From assembly GCA_963422375.2 (NCBI GenBank), contig OY729428.2, positions 2,976,001-3,040,000 of the forward strand: a stretch of 64,000 bases of DNA. Reading direction: 5' to 3'. The stretch's first letter is position 1; every line of letters begins with the position of its first letter. The position numbers and the translations under genes were made by a program. This document shows, one piece after another, positions 21,651 through 33,530 of this stretch. The DNA is from Bryobacterales bacterium. Its GTDB lineage: Bacteria; Acidobacteriota; Terriglobia; Bryobacterales; UBA6623. The notes below the pieces were generated by a model. That model did no database searches and was not told where the DNA came from. It saw only the letters and a list, made by a program, of their open reading frames with translations.

Positions 21651-22569
21651 TATCTAGTGGGATTGCGACGGGTCTTCGCCGAATTAGATTGAATTCGGAT
21701 TCGCTGAATGTTGATATATTCCGGGCGGGATACCCACTGTTCTGCCCTCGAGCCGGAGCTGGAGAACCGTGCCGGGTATGCGGACCGCCACACGTTGAGG
21801 CGACTTGCGGCTGAGTCGGTCGGTAGCCCTGCCTCCGATCTCCCTGCGCCACCAGCGTCTTGGCGGGGCCAAGGCCCGGAATGACCTGCCCCGCCACAGT
21901 CTGCGCCGATGGCAGAAGCCTTGATGCACCTCAGGGGCCGATCGGCCCTTCGCGGCCCGATCCCAACGTGAGGGTCTCCCTCCTACTGCCTCCCCAACCA
22001 CTCGACGCTCCCCTCTCTCCCTTCCTGCGGCAGCGAAGCAGAGTGAGAAAACACCCTTAGCTACTGAAGGGATAATCTGAGGGATTCCAATCGAGATAAT
22101 TCAAACGACTACACCGACCCTCAAACCGGGACTGGAGCGGTCGGCACTCGCCTAGGACGGTGCCGATGCAGGCGCCCGCGTCACTCAGCGCTAGCACAGG
22201 GTAAGCTCGCACGAACGGCGCCCCGCACGGGTCCCTGACGTCAATCCAACCACCGGGCCGTCGAATCATCTCACCCGGGCGGAACGGCGGAGGTGTGTCT
22301 CTAGGGTCTACAGATTTCGGAGGAACACGCCGATGCGGAAGGTCCGGGCGGCCCTCGCGAACCCCTCGGCGGTTCGGATTCCAGCTCTACTCTCGAGGCA
22401 GATCATTCGTGCGACATCCAAGCGAGATGACATCGGAATGTCTGAGACTGGTCCCTGCAAGAGGCCCAGCCAGCGTTGCTGCCACTGCTCCTTGCAATAC
22501 TGACCTCCACAGTTGGCAAACATCTTGCCGAGCTTCCGCCCCAAGGACCTAGTTCTAGAAACTGGCATC

Positions 22570-23091
22570 CTACGGAGAACGATGCTTTCGAGGAACGTTG
22601 TAGATTATCACGTGCGATGACCCCACCATCGCGAGTCCCCATGTTGGAGCCGACCAAATCGCTACACTTCTGAGCATCTTATTGTTAGTCAAATCATCGC
22701 CAAAATGAACATTGAAGTCTCCATGACTGAAGTGTTGAATGAGCATTATAGTGGTCGCAGTGATTCCGGTAATAACCCAAGCCTTAGTGCGTTTTAGTAG
22801 GGGGCGCCGCCGAGATACACGACGCACTGTGGATTTCATGAGGGTCCTTCTGGACCCGTCTGTAAGAACGAGCTTCACTCCGTCCGGTGTCGCCGACAAA
22901 AAGCGCCCGTCAAGCTTCATTCTTCCATCGGTAGAACGGTCTGAATAAAGCAGAATGCGAACACGACGACCCACCGCTGTGCCTTGGACTGCAGACCAAT
23001 CTTCCATGAGTCGAGCCCCCAAGCAGTCCGGTGATACGGCGAAGAATGATCCAATAATAAGAGCTGTTGTCGGACTCTTGAGAATATTCAT
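22570..23091 (-). CDS. Hypothetical lower-GC membrane/secreted protein
   Basis: 173 aa; N-terminal hydrophobic segment, basic beta-rich domain, C-terminal hydrophobic helices; visibly lower GC than host genes. Confidence 0.6.
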   Translation of the reverse strand: MNILKSPTTALIIGSFFAVSPDCLGARLMEDWSAVQGTAVGRRVRILLYSDRSTDGRMKLDGRFLSATPDGVKLVLTDGSRRTLMKSTVRRVSRRRPLLKRTKAWVITGITATTIMLIQHFSHGDFNVHFGDDLTNNKMLRSVAIWSAPTWGLAMVGSSHVIIYNVPRKHRSP

Positions 23092-23095
23092 TATC

Positions 23096-24125
23096 GATTA
23101 CCCACAAGACTCAGCCAAGGTTAGGAGGCGGTAAGGCATGGGCGGGGTGCGCACGGAGGCGTGGAGCAGGCGGGGGACCAGCGCCTCCGGATCGTAGCGG
23201 CGGTTGAAGCGGTAGCAGAACTCGGCGAGGTACCGCGGCAGGTGCTTGCCGTCGAGCGCAGGGCAGGTTCCCGCCAGGGACCGCTTGACGTGCGCCAGCA
23301 TCGTGTTGACCCGGACGAAGCGGGAATCCCCGCAGCTCCGCTGCCCGTCTCCGGTGACGGTCGGCACGTGCTCGCAGCCGGCCTCGGCCACGCCCCGGAA
23401 GCAGGCCGGGCCGTCGGAATGCACCTCCGTGCCGGGCTGCAAGTGCCGCCCGGCCCACGCTGCCAGCGTCTTCTTGCGCAAGCCCGCCACGCTGCTCATG
23501 CGCATCCTTGCCGGCTTGCCGGCGGCGGTGACCTGCACGGCGGCGACGAACGGCGTCTTGCCCGCCGCTCCGCTCCCGTGCTTGCCGCCGCTCCGCTCCC
23601 CGCCCCGGCAGGCGTCGTCCACTTGCACGATGCCGTGCAGCGGCACGCGCTCGTCGCGCTCCTTCATCGCTTGCAGGAGCTTGTGCTTCACCTTCCAAGC
23701 CGTGTTCCGGCTCACGCCCGGCTGCCGCGCCAGTTCCAGCGACGAAACGCCGTGCTTGCCCTGCGTCAGCAGGTGGAGCGCCAGCAACCGGACGGTCAGC
23801 GGCAGCTTGGTGGCGGCGAAGATCGTGCCGGCGACGAGGGAGCTCCGGCGGTGGCAGGCATGGCACTGCCAGAGCTTGCGGGAGCGGCTGCGGCAGTGCC
23901 GGCGGGAGCCGCACTCCGGGCAGCGGAAGCCATCCGGCCAGCGGGCCTTGAAGACGGCCTGCTGGCATTGCCTCTCGCTGCCGTAGCGCTGCAGGAACTT
24001 GCCCAGGCTGAGTCCCTTCTGGAATTGCACGCGCTTGCGTTTCAGCTGCTATCCCCTTTCCTGTCAAAGATTTCCGACCTGCTTCAGTATAGCATATCCT
24101 CGGCTGACGTTCGTTGGTAATCAGG
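23096..24125 (-). mobile_element. IS1595-family element type A (transposase ORF 23098-24030), one end clipped
   Basis: Zn ribbon CPECG...CHAC, VQVDDA, HSDG, YLAEFCYRFNRR; right end GGTAATCAGG; left end lacks CCT of CCTGATTACC; no TSD. Confidence 0.92.
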
Positions 24126-26452
24126 TCCGGGTATGCAAGTCCGGATCTCACAAGCACTTGTGCGAGGTGCCGGAGAGCCGGCGGGCGAGCGGCGCGGTGC
24201 GCTCGACCGGCTGGCTGCCGCGGCGCGGGAAGGGCAAGCGGTCCGAGCGGCACCGTTTTCGCCGGACGGCCGCGGTGCCCCTGCGCAAGGGCCGCGACGC
24301 CCTGCAGGGCACTTGGATCGAGTACGCCGTGGAGCGCGACGGCAAGCGCACCTGCGCCAGCAGCTTCTTCACCGGTCTCGCGACCACCGCGGACAACGCG
24401 GAGCCGATCGCGCGGGCCGGCCGGGCGCGCTGGAAGATTGAGAACGAGGGCTTCAACTGCCTGGCGCGGCACGGCCGCAAATTCAATCGCAACTTCGGGC
24501 ACGGCAAGGACGCGCTGGCCAACGTGCTGGCCGTGCGGAACCTGTTCGCTTTGGGCATTATATATCTGAGTGCCGGCGACGCCATATCCGGCTAGCACTG
24601 CTCTGATTGGGGACATCGCCATCTTGCTCGGGTCATTGGTGTGCGGCCGAGGTAGGCACCGAAAGGTCGGTTCGTATCTGAATCGCGCCGGCCAGCGGAT
24701 TTCGCGGCGCACGGACTAAAGAGACCGCCTCGGGCACCCCGGTGGAACCCGGATTGCCGTGGAGAGGCTCCCCTTCCGGGACGGCTGCATCTATGAATCG
24801 TCCGGGCTGGACACCGGTCGCGGCGCGGGATTCCGGATCCGGAGCGCCCTTCGCACCGAGCGTGAAGAGAGGCTGCAGCTGAGCGGCTAGGCCGTGCTCA
24901 GGCCGCGACCGCGGCCTTGCCGACCAGCTGCCGGTAGGTCAGCGTCCGGCCGACCAGGCCCCGCGCCATGCGCCGCATCCGTTCCGCCGTGTCGCAGTTG
25001 CGGGCGTTGCGCCGTCCCGCGAACTCCGTGAGGTAGCGGCCCGAATGGCGGACGCTCATCCGGTGATAGGTGCCGTAGAGGCCGCGCTTGAACAGGGACC
25101 GGAACGACTCGATGCCGTTCGTATGCGCCGCCCCGCGCACGTACTCGCCGCCGGAGTGCTTGACGCCCTCGTGCGCGAACTCCGCCATGCCGGCGCAGGC
25201 CGCCGCCTCGTCGGAGCGGACCTGCGCGCCCGGCGCGACCCGGCCGCGCACGAGGACCTGCAGGTCGCCCTCGGTCGTGCCCGGCAGCGGCCGCGCGGCC
25301 ACTGCGTTCGTGGCGCGGTCCCGCGCGCCCGCCACGGGGGTCTTGCCGACCGGCCCGCGCCCGGCGCGGGCCTTCTTGCTCTCGTGCTTGTTGCGCTCCT
25401 TGCCGCCGACGTACGTCTCGTCCACCTCCGCCGGGCCGACGAACAGGTCCCGGTCCCGCTCCCGGCACGCGCGGATGCGGTGCGCCAGGTGCCAGGCCGA
25501 CTTCCGGCCGATGCCCGGGTCGCGGTGCAGCTTCATGCTCGAGACGCCCTTGAGGCCGGTGGTCAGCAGGAACAGGGCCACGGCCCGGACGCGGTAGCCG
25601 AGCTTGGTGTCGGCCATCACGCTGCCGGTACGCACGGAAAAGCGCTTGCCGCAACCGCGGCAACGGTACGGCATCGAAGGGTGGGCCGCACCGGACTGCA
25701 CGCTGGAGCCGCGGCAGCGGGGGCATGCCGGACCGTCCGGCCAGCGCACGGAGGCGAACCACTTTTCCGCGGATTTCGTCATCGGGGAACATGGCGATCA
25801 CTTCGATCAAGGTGATGCCTTTACGAAACCACTTCCCGGGATCTTTCTGCTTTGCCTTCTTCAACGACGACCTCCTATATTGGAACCAATCTATCAAGAA
25901 ACTCCACAGACTGTCAACAGATATCCGGAAGAAATATCAAATTAAATTATGGATTGATGATTTGCCAAATAGGTTGCCTCGGCACTCAGATATATAATTC
26001 CCTTCGCTTTCGCGCTCCACGCCGTGCTACAGTGCGTCTGCGCGCTGTGGCAGCAGTGCCGGCGCAAGCTGGTCACGCGCCGCGCCCTGTTCCGGGAGCT
26101 GCAGGCCGCGCTGCGCTGCTTCCACTTCCCGAACTGGCCGACTCTGCTGGCGGCGGTGCGCGACGGACGCGCGCCACCGGGCTGCCAGCCGGCCGGGGCC
26201 TGGACTCCGCGCAGTTTCGTTCCGGCAGCGTCCGGCGAGCGGTCGGCCGCCGCAGCCGGCTACCGCCGGAGTGCGTCCGGTCGCGAACTCGGCACTCGGC
26301 GGACCCGCTGCGAGGGCCGCGCCACGGCCCTGCCCGCCGTCCGACGCTCCCGCGGGGCGGCCTCGGGAGCGCAACCCCTCGGTCAACTTGTTCGTCTCAT
26401 CCTCCGAAACAACGTTCACGCAACCCCTTGATGGCCAAATTGAGGACCGCTG
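24126..26452 (+). mobile_element. 5'-truncated ISNCY-type element interrupted by IS1595 type B
   Basis: GRARWKIENEGFN...NFGHGK...NLFAF resumes as ALHAVLQC after the insertion; right end GCCAAATTGAGGACCGCTG like that of 30071-31599. Confidence 0.85.
24553..26002 (-). mobile_element. IS1595-family element type B, frameshifted transposase
   Basis: TIRs GGGCATTATATATCTGAGTGCC / GGCACTCAGATATATAATTCCC; 8-bp TSD TTCGCTTT (24545-24552, 26003-26010); EVDETY, HTNGIES; extra A near 25774. Confidence 0.95.
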
Positions 26453-26651
26453 AGCGGACACCGAATCGCCCGCACTGTTGAGGCGCACGCCCCTGCTCTC
26501 GCCAACGGCGTGGTCCCGGCCCTCATCGGCTCGTTGCAGTACGCTTCTCGAAGTAGGACTGCCTCGACGAGGCCTAGCCGTCGCAGCAATAGCGAATGCT
26601 TGGTGCCGGCCGGCGAGAAGGCGTGGAACTGCGTTTCGCGGTACCGAGCAG

Positions 26652-26694
26652 CCGACACCTGCCCGAAGTGTTGCTCCTCGTCCGTCATTATTAG
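26652..26694 (+). repeat. 43-bp direct repeat, copy 1 (promoter region of the AAA ATPase)
   Basis: 33/43 identical to 28423-28465; shared core CACCTGCCCGAAG. Confidence 0.75.
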
Positions 26695-26697
26695 GTC

Positions 26698-28248
26698 ATG
26701 AAGGGCTTCAACACAGCGGGCCCAGTGATTCCCGAGGACCACTACCACATCGCCCCGCTGTCCCGCTTGGACTTGGACTATGTGCTGAGGCTCATCCGGC
26801 GTAAGCAGTACTTCGTGCTGCACGCCCCGCGCCAGACCGGCAAGACCTCGGCGCTGCTGGCTCTGCGCGACAGGCTCAACGCTGAAAGCAACGGCGGCTA
26901 CCGCTGCGCGTACGCGAATCTCGAGTCGGCGAGGGCAGCGGGCTCCGAGCTGCAGGACGTCATGCGCGGCGTTCTCGGCGCCTTGGCGAGTGACGCGATC
27001 GAATCCTTCGGCGACGAGTTCCTGGGGCAGACGGCTTTCGGTGTCCTGAACCGGATGGGCCCGGCCATCGCGCTGCGCGAGTCCCTGAGGCGGTGGGCGA
27101 GGCAGGATCCTCGTCCGCTGGTGCTGCTGATCGACGAGATCGATTCCTTGCCCGAGCAGGGCTTGGTCTCGGTGCTGGCTCAGTTGCGGACCGGCTACTA
27201 CTCCCGCCCCGAGAGCTTCCCGCAAAGCATGGTGCTGTGCGGCGTGCGCGACATCCGCGACTACCCCGGCGCCGGCGGCGGCAGCCCCTTCAACATCAGC
27301 GCCGACTCGCTGCGGCTCGGCGACTTCTCCCCGGACGAGGTCGCGGAGCTGCTCGCGCAGCACACGCGGGAGACGGGACAGGAGTTCTCGCCCGCGGCGC
27401 TGAAGCGGGTCTGGACGCAGACCCGGGGGCAGCCGTGGCTGGTGAACGCCCTGTGCGACGCGGCCTGCTTCCGCAGCCCGGCCGGGCGCGACCGCTCGCG
27501 GGCGATCGCGGAGGGCGACATCTTCGAAGCGCAGGAGGACCTGATCCTGCGCCGGGTGACGCACATCGACCAGATCGGCAGGAGACTGCGCGACGAGCGC
27601 GTGGCGCGCGTCGTCCGGCCCATGCTCGCCGGCGACGACCGTGCATTCGACTCCGACGACGTGGAATACGCGAGGGACCTGGGCCTGCTCGCGGCCGACG
27701 ACCCGCCGCGCATCGCCAACCCGATCTACGCGGAGGTGGTGCCGCGCGTGCTCACGGCGAGCCATCAGAAGCTGCTGGAGCGGCGCGCATACCGCTTCGC
27801 GACCGCCGGGGGAGGCCTCGACATGGCGAAGCTGCTGGAAGCGTTCCGGCAGCACTACCGCGAGAGCGCCGACACCTTGGCGGACCTGCCCGGCTATCTG
27901 GAGGTGGTGCCGCACCTGCTGCTGCAGGCGTTCCTGCAGCGGGTGGCGAACGGGGGCGGGCGCATCCAGCGGGAGTACGCCCTGGGGCGGGGGCGGCTGG
28001 ACCTGCTGGTCGCCTGGCCCGGAGAGGAGCGCGACCAGCGCATTGCCATCGAATGCAAGCTGCGCCGCGACTCCCTGGAGCGGACCGTTGCGAACGGCAC
28101 GGCCCAGCTGGCCAGCTACATGGACCGGCTGGGGGCCGACGAGGGCCATTTGGTAGTCTTCGGCGAGCGGGGCTCACCGTGGTCCGACAAGATCTTCCGA
28201 CGCACGGAGGCGATCCAGGGAAGCTCCATCGAGGTCTGGGGCATGTGA
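26698..28248 (+). CDS. AAA-like ATPase with C-terminal PD-(D/E)XK nuclease-like domain
   Basis: Walker A APRQTGKT, Walker B LLIDEID, SPFNI, GQPWLVN; C-terminal REYALGRGRLDL...IECK. Confidence 0.88.
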   Translation: MKGFNTAGPVIPEDHYHIAPLSRLDLDYVLRLIRRKQYFVLHAPRQTGKTSALLALRDRLNAESNGGYRCAYANLESARAAGSELQDVMRGVLGALASDAIESFGDEFLGQTAFGVLNRMGPAIALRESLRRWARQDPRPLVLLIDEIDSLPEQGLVSVLAQLRTGYYSRPESFPQSMVLCGVRDIRDYPGAGGGSPFNISADSLRLGDFSPDEVAELLAQHTRETGQEFSPAALKRVWTQTRGQPWLVNALCDAACFRSPAGRDRSRAIAEGDIFEAQEDLILRRVTHIDQIGRRLRDERVARVVRPMLAGDDRAFDSDDVEYARDLGLLAADDPPRIANPIYAEVVPRVLTASHQKLLERRAYRFATAGGGLDMAKLLEAFRQHYRESADTLADLPGYLEVVPHLLLQAFLQRVANGGGRIQREYALGRGRLDLLVAWPGEERDQRIAIECKLRRDSLERTVANGTAQLASYMDRLGADEGHLVVFGERGSPWSDKIFRRTEAIQGSSIEVWGM

Positions 28249-28422
28249 GGCTACGCGATCCGATGCGCCGACACCTAGACCCGCATTCCGGGCCCGCCCA
28301 GCCAAGAGCGGCCGCTGCAAGCGGCCGGCGATGATGAACGCTTGCATCTGGCCGGGGATGAGTCTTCGCGTGTTCAGCCAAGCACCCAGTGCAACGGAAC
28401 AATCCGACGCAGCAGCGAACTC

Positions 28423-28465
28423 TCGGCACCTGCCCGAAGCGTTCCCCGTTGTCGGTCATCACTAG
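28423..28465 (+). repeat. 43-bp direct repeat, copy 2, ending in the IS1380 CTAG target
   Basis: TCGGCACCTGCCCGAAGCGTTCCCCGTTGTCGGTCATCACTAG aligns with 26652-26694. Confidence 0.75.
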
Positions 28466-31400
28466 CCCGGATAATTCATGAGTAGCCCGGAAGGCCATAG
28501 TCCGGTCCCTCCGCCCGGGCCGTGAGGGCCTCCGGTCCAGCGCGATCCTCACTCCTGCGAGTGCCCAGCGATCCCCGGCGGCAACCCCGACCCGGTCCGG
28601 ATAAGATCCTATTTTATAAACTGCAACTGTTTTCAGTCGGTAGATAATATTGAAGATATGGTCGCATCCGCAGGCTCCCAAGGCGTTCCGTTCCGCAATC
28701 CGCCCCGTCGCCGTCCACTTCGATCACGAGCGCAGCAGCTCCGACGGCGGCGCTGTCGCGGTCGAGGCCGCCGACCGCGCTCCCGGCCTCACCGCGGCTC
28801 TCGCCGACTGCCTGCGCGACCGGCGCCAGCCCTCCAAGGTGCTCCGCTCCCTCGCCGACATGCTCCGCCAGCGCATCTACGGCCTCGCCTGCGGCTGCGA
28901 GGACTGCAACGACGCCGGGCGCCTCGGCGGCGACCCCGTGTTCAAGCTGCCGCTCGGGCGCGACCCCTGGCAGGGTCGCGACCTGCCGTCCCGGCCCACC
29001 CTGTCGCGCTTCGAGAACGCCGTCACCGCGGACGCGCCGAGCGCACTGTCCACGGTGCCGGCCCGCTGCGTCGTGCGGCGCCAGCACGAGCGGCGCCCCG
29101 AGACGAGCATCGTCGAGCTGGACTTCGACCCGACGCACGGGGAGCAGCGGCTGGCGCCGTTCAACGGCTCCTGCGACACGCGTTGCTACTTGCCGCTGGT
29201 GGGCGTGCTGCGCTTCGACGACGAGCGCGAGCGGCATCTCGTGGCGGCGCTGCTGCGCTCGGGCACGGCCGCGGCCGCGGAGGGCTTGCTGCCGCTGCTG
29301 CGGGAATTCTTCCCGCGGGCGACGCTGCGCCTGCGCTTGGACGCGGGCTTCCAAGGGGACGAGCTGCTGGCCTATGGCGAGCGCGAGGGCCTGGAGTGCG
29401 TGGCGTGCCTGCAGAAGAACGCGGTGCCGGAGCGGCGCGCGGCCCCGTTGCGGGCGGCCGTCGAGGCCCGGCGCGCGCCCGGCGGCACCCCGGGCACGGA
29501 CCCCGGCGGGGCAGCGGCGGCCGCGGGGGACCCGCCGTCCCGGCTGGAGCAGTTGCGGGCGCAGTACGCGCGGCTGGGAGCCAGCACGCAGGGGGGCCGG
29601 CCGGGCGCGGAGGACGCGGGCAAGAACCCGGGCCCGCTGCACGGGCAGTTCGTCTAGCGGGCGGGCCGCCGGTCGCGGGCGCGGCGGGTGATCGTCAAGG
29701 CGGACGCGAGCGAGTTTCCCGGGCGCGCCCCCCAGTGGCACCCGCGCTACGCGGTGACCAACGCGGGCGGCAGCCCGCAGCGCCTCTGCGAGCGGATCCA
29801 CTGCCTGCGGGGGAACGTGGAGAACCGCGTCAAGGAGCTCGAGCACGGGATGCGGATGGACCGCGCCAGCCGCTCGAGCTTCGCGGCGAACCGGTTCCGC
29901 GCGCCGCTCGCGGCGGCGGCCTGCGTGATCATGCAGGAACTGCGCCGGCAGGCACGGGACACGCCGCTGCGGAAGCTCCGGGTGGACGGGTTGCGCCTCG
30001 GCCCGCTGAAGCCGGGGGCGCGGGTCGCGGCCACGGCGAAGCGGATCGTGCTGCACGTGCCGCGGATGGCCAGCGATTCTCAATTTGGCATTTTGGGATT
30101 TCCAGAGTGTCTGAGAAAGGTGTCGAAGGCAGTCTGGCACTTGACTTTTCCTTGCGGAATGTGTGAGCTAGGGTGCATGCCCCATGTCCTGGACTCGCTG
30201 CCGAGCGCCTTCCGCGAGACGGCCGCCGGCCGGCCCGACCGGCGCGACGGTCGCAGCAACAAGCGCTACGAGGTCAGCGACGCCGCCGGTTGCGCCCCGG
30301 CCTGCGTCTTCACCCCGTGCGAGTCGTTCCTCGCGTTCCAGCGGCGCATGGAGCGGGACGGCTCGCGCTCCAACTGCCGGACCTGTTCGGCGCGGGCCGC
30401 ATCCCCTGCGACAACCGGATCCGCAACTTGCTCGACGACCTCGACCCGGCCGCGTGCGACCCGCTCTTCCGGCCGTGCCTCGCAACCGTGGCCGCGCAGG
30501 GCGCGCTCGAGCCCTTCCAGCGCCTCGACGAGCGCCTGCTGGTGGCTCCGGGCGGCGTCCGGTTCCACCGCTCCGACACGGTGCATTGCCCGCAGTGCCC
30601 GCAGTGCTCGGTGCGGCGCGTCGGCAGCGAGCGCCGGCCGCATCACTTCCACACCATGGTCGCGGCCACCGCGGTGGCCGACGGCCACGCCACCGTGCTG
30701 CCGCTGATGCCCGAGTTCGCGTGCCCGCAGCAGGCCGCGGCCGCGACCCGCGCCGACATGAGCGAGGGCGAGCGCAAGCGGGACTGCGAGCGCAACGCCG
30801 CCAAGCGCTGGCTCGCCGCTCAGGGCGCCCGGCTGCAGGCCTGCCGCCCCGTCCTGCCGGGCGACGACCTGTACTGCTGCCAGCCGGTCCGCGAGGCCGC
30901 CGCGGCGGCCGGCATGGACTGCATCCGGGTATGCAAGCCCGGATCCCGCAAGCGCTTGTACGAGGTGCCGGAGAGCCGGCGGGCGAGCGACGCGAGCGGC
31001 ACCGTTTCCGCCGGACGGCCGCGGTGCCCCTGCGCCAGGGCCGCGACGCCCTGCAGGGCACTTGGATCGAGTACGCCGTGGAGCGCGACGGCAAGCGCAC
31101 CTGCGCCAGCAGCTTCTTCACCAGTCTCGCGGTCAGCGCGGACAACGCGGAGCGGATCGCGCGCGCCGGCCGGGCGCGCTGGAAGATCGAGAACGAGGGC
31201 TTCAACTGCCTGGCGCGGCACGGCCGCAACTGCAAGCGCAACTTCGGGCACGGCAAGGACGGGCCGACCGGACTGGCCGACGCTGCTGGCGGCGGTGCGC
31301 GCCGGACGCGCGCCTCCGGGCTGCCAGGCGGCCGGGCGACCGGGGCCTGGACTCCGCGCAGTTTCGTGCCGGCAGCGTCCGGCCAGCGTCCGGCCGTCAA

Positions 31401-31893
31401 AGCCGGCTACCGCCGGAGTGCGTCCGGCCGCGGACTCGGCACTCGGCGGACCCGCGACGCGGGCCGCGCCACGGCCCTGCCCGCCGTCCGACCCTCCCGC
31501 GGGGCGGCCTCGGGAGCGCAACCTCTCGGTCAACTGATTCACCTCATCCTCCGAAACAACCTTCACGCACCCCCTTGACGGCCAAATTTAGAACCGCTGG
31601 CGGATGGCACCGTTCCGGAACGCCTGGGTGGTGGTGGCGCGGGGCTTGGGGGCCGTGCCGATATGACGCCGGGCCGGGTCAATCCGGGGAGTGTCGGCAG
31701 GCGCCGGGGGAAACCGTACCTGCCCTCCGGGCGGGTGCCGCCGAGGAGGTGTCCGCGGCCCGCACGCCACTCGCGAGACACCCCGCAAGCCCCGCATTCC
31801 CCGCCCGCAGGCGTTTCGGAAGCAGATTTGGCGGCCACCGAGGACCCAGAAACTGGATCCATGGGCCTGCGCCGCATTCGTGAATAATGCGGG
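28466..31893 (+). mobile_element. IS1380-family element, copy 2 (degenerate, carries nested ISNCY)
   Basis: Same IRs as copy 1; CTAG at 28462-28465 and 31894-31897; transposase fragments 28650-30070 and 31609-31666. Confidence 0.92.
30071..31599 (+). mobile_element. ISNCY-type element, transposase pseudogene
   Basis: TIRs CAGCGATTCTCAATTTGGC / GCCAAATTTAGAACCGCTG; 9-bp TSD GCGGATGGC; motifs SFLAFQR, IPCDNRIRNLLD, KRDCERNAAKRWL, GDDLY, RWKIENEGFN. Confidence 0.9.
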
Positions 31894-33530
31894 CTAGCCG
31901 ACGCGGTGCAGACGTACGAGCGCCAGCACCGGTTGGGGATGATCGGGCCGGATCGAATTGCGGCGCATGGATCCCTGAGCTCGGATTGACCTAGTGGGAA
32001 ATAGGCGGGTCGCACCACGCCAGGCAATCGCCGACGGGCCCGGAGGGCCCGCGCGCTGTGTCGCTCGCATGCGACTCATGGACTTGCCGTCGCCGAGCCT
32101 TGCAGGCGAAGCACTGCGAGCCCATTTGCAACGCTGCATGGCGGCCGCCTCATGATCCCTCCCTCCAACAGCGTCTAGGTGAATCGTCCCCTCGGGACGC
32201 AGCCTAGCCGCCCAGCGCCACAGCGGCCCACGGGCTCAAGCCCGGGCAAGGCCTGCCAGCATGCCGGATCCGTGTGGCCGCACGACGTCAGCCCCTGACG
32301 TGGAGGCAGTTCTCGGATTGGCCGGCATTTCTTCCCGTACCTATAATCAACAGCGATGGCAGCTCACCGCTCCAGGGTGCTGGCGGTCGCCTCGATCTTC
32401 GCCGCCAGCCTCGCGAGCGGCCAGCAGGCCGACCCACGGTCGCTGGCCAAGCAGGCCGGCCTAGCGATGAAGGGCCGAGACTTCGCCCGTGCAGAGCGGC
32501 TCTACAGGGAACTGGCGCAGCTCTTCCCGGACGAGCCGGGAATGGCTCTGAATCTCGGGCTCGCTCAGTTTTCGTCGGGAAGGTTCGAAGACGCTGCCGA
32601 GCAGTTCGAACGCTTCCTCGCGCGCGGGCCGAGCCAAGGCCCAGCTTCCCAGCTTGGTTGCTGCTCGGGCTGTCGCACCAGAGACTGAATCGGCCGGACG
32701 AGGCGATCAAACCGCTCCGAAGGGCCCTCGAACTCGACCCCGCGAACCGTACCGCCGAACTCGAGCTGGCCGACGCTCTTCTTCGAAGCTTCGAAGCGGA
32801 AAGCCGGACAGCGCCGCGTCGAGATTCCGGGCCCTGGCCGAGCGCGACCCGAGGGATCCGAAAGCCTGGCTGGGTCTCGGCCTGACCTACACCGATCTCT
32901 CGCGGCGCGCGGGAGAGGCTCTCGCACGCACTGCACTGGAGTCGGCATTCAGTCTCCTGCTCCAAGCTCACTCGGCGCAGGCGCGCGGCCGCTATCGCGC
33001 GGCGTTCGGGCATTACCGCGCTGCCCTCGCGATCGAGCCCGCGGCTCCCGGCGCACGCCGGGCCGTGGCCGAAATCTACGCGGCAACCGGCCATCGGGAC
33101 TGGGCGGAGGCCGAGCTGGCCAAGGCTCCCGCCCCGCCGCCATGCTCCCAGCAGCCATTGGCGTGCTCGTTCGAGTCCGGCATGCATGACGCGATCCTGC
33201 GAGCGACCGTCGAGTCCGGCACCGCGGAGTCATTGTACTGGCGAGCGCTGGCGTTCAGCGGCAAGGCGCGGGATGCCCACGATCATCTCCTCGCGCTGCC
33301 TCCGTCGTCCGCGTCGCATCGCCTGCTGGCTTCGGTCGACGATCTCTCCGGCCGCCCGCGCGACGCCGCGGCTGCGTGGAGGAAGGCAGTTGATCTCGAC
33401 CCGGCCGACCTATCCCTGAGACGCAACCTGCTGCGCTCGCTCCGCAGCGCCGGCCTGCACGAGGAATCGCTCCGCGAGGCGGGCGCTCTGCTGAAGCTCC
33501 GGCCGGAATCGGCTGCAGGGCGCTTCCATT

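Noticed and set aside
1794..31893. Composite transposon bounded by the two IS1380 copies
   Set aside because: Each copy has its own CTAG pair, both are degenerate, and the interval contains core genes (coaD, trpS).
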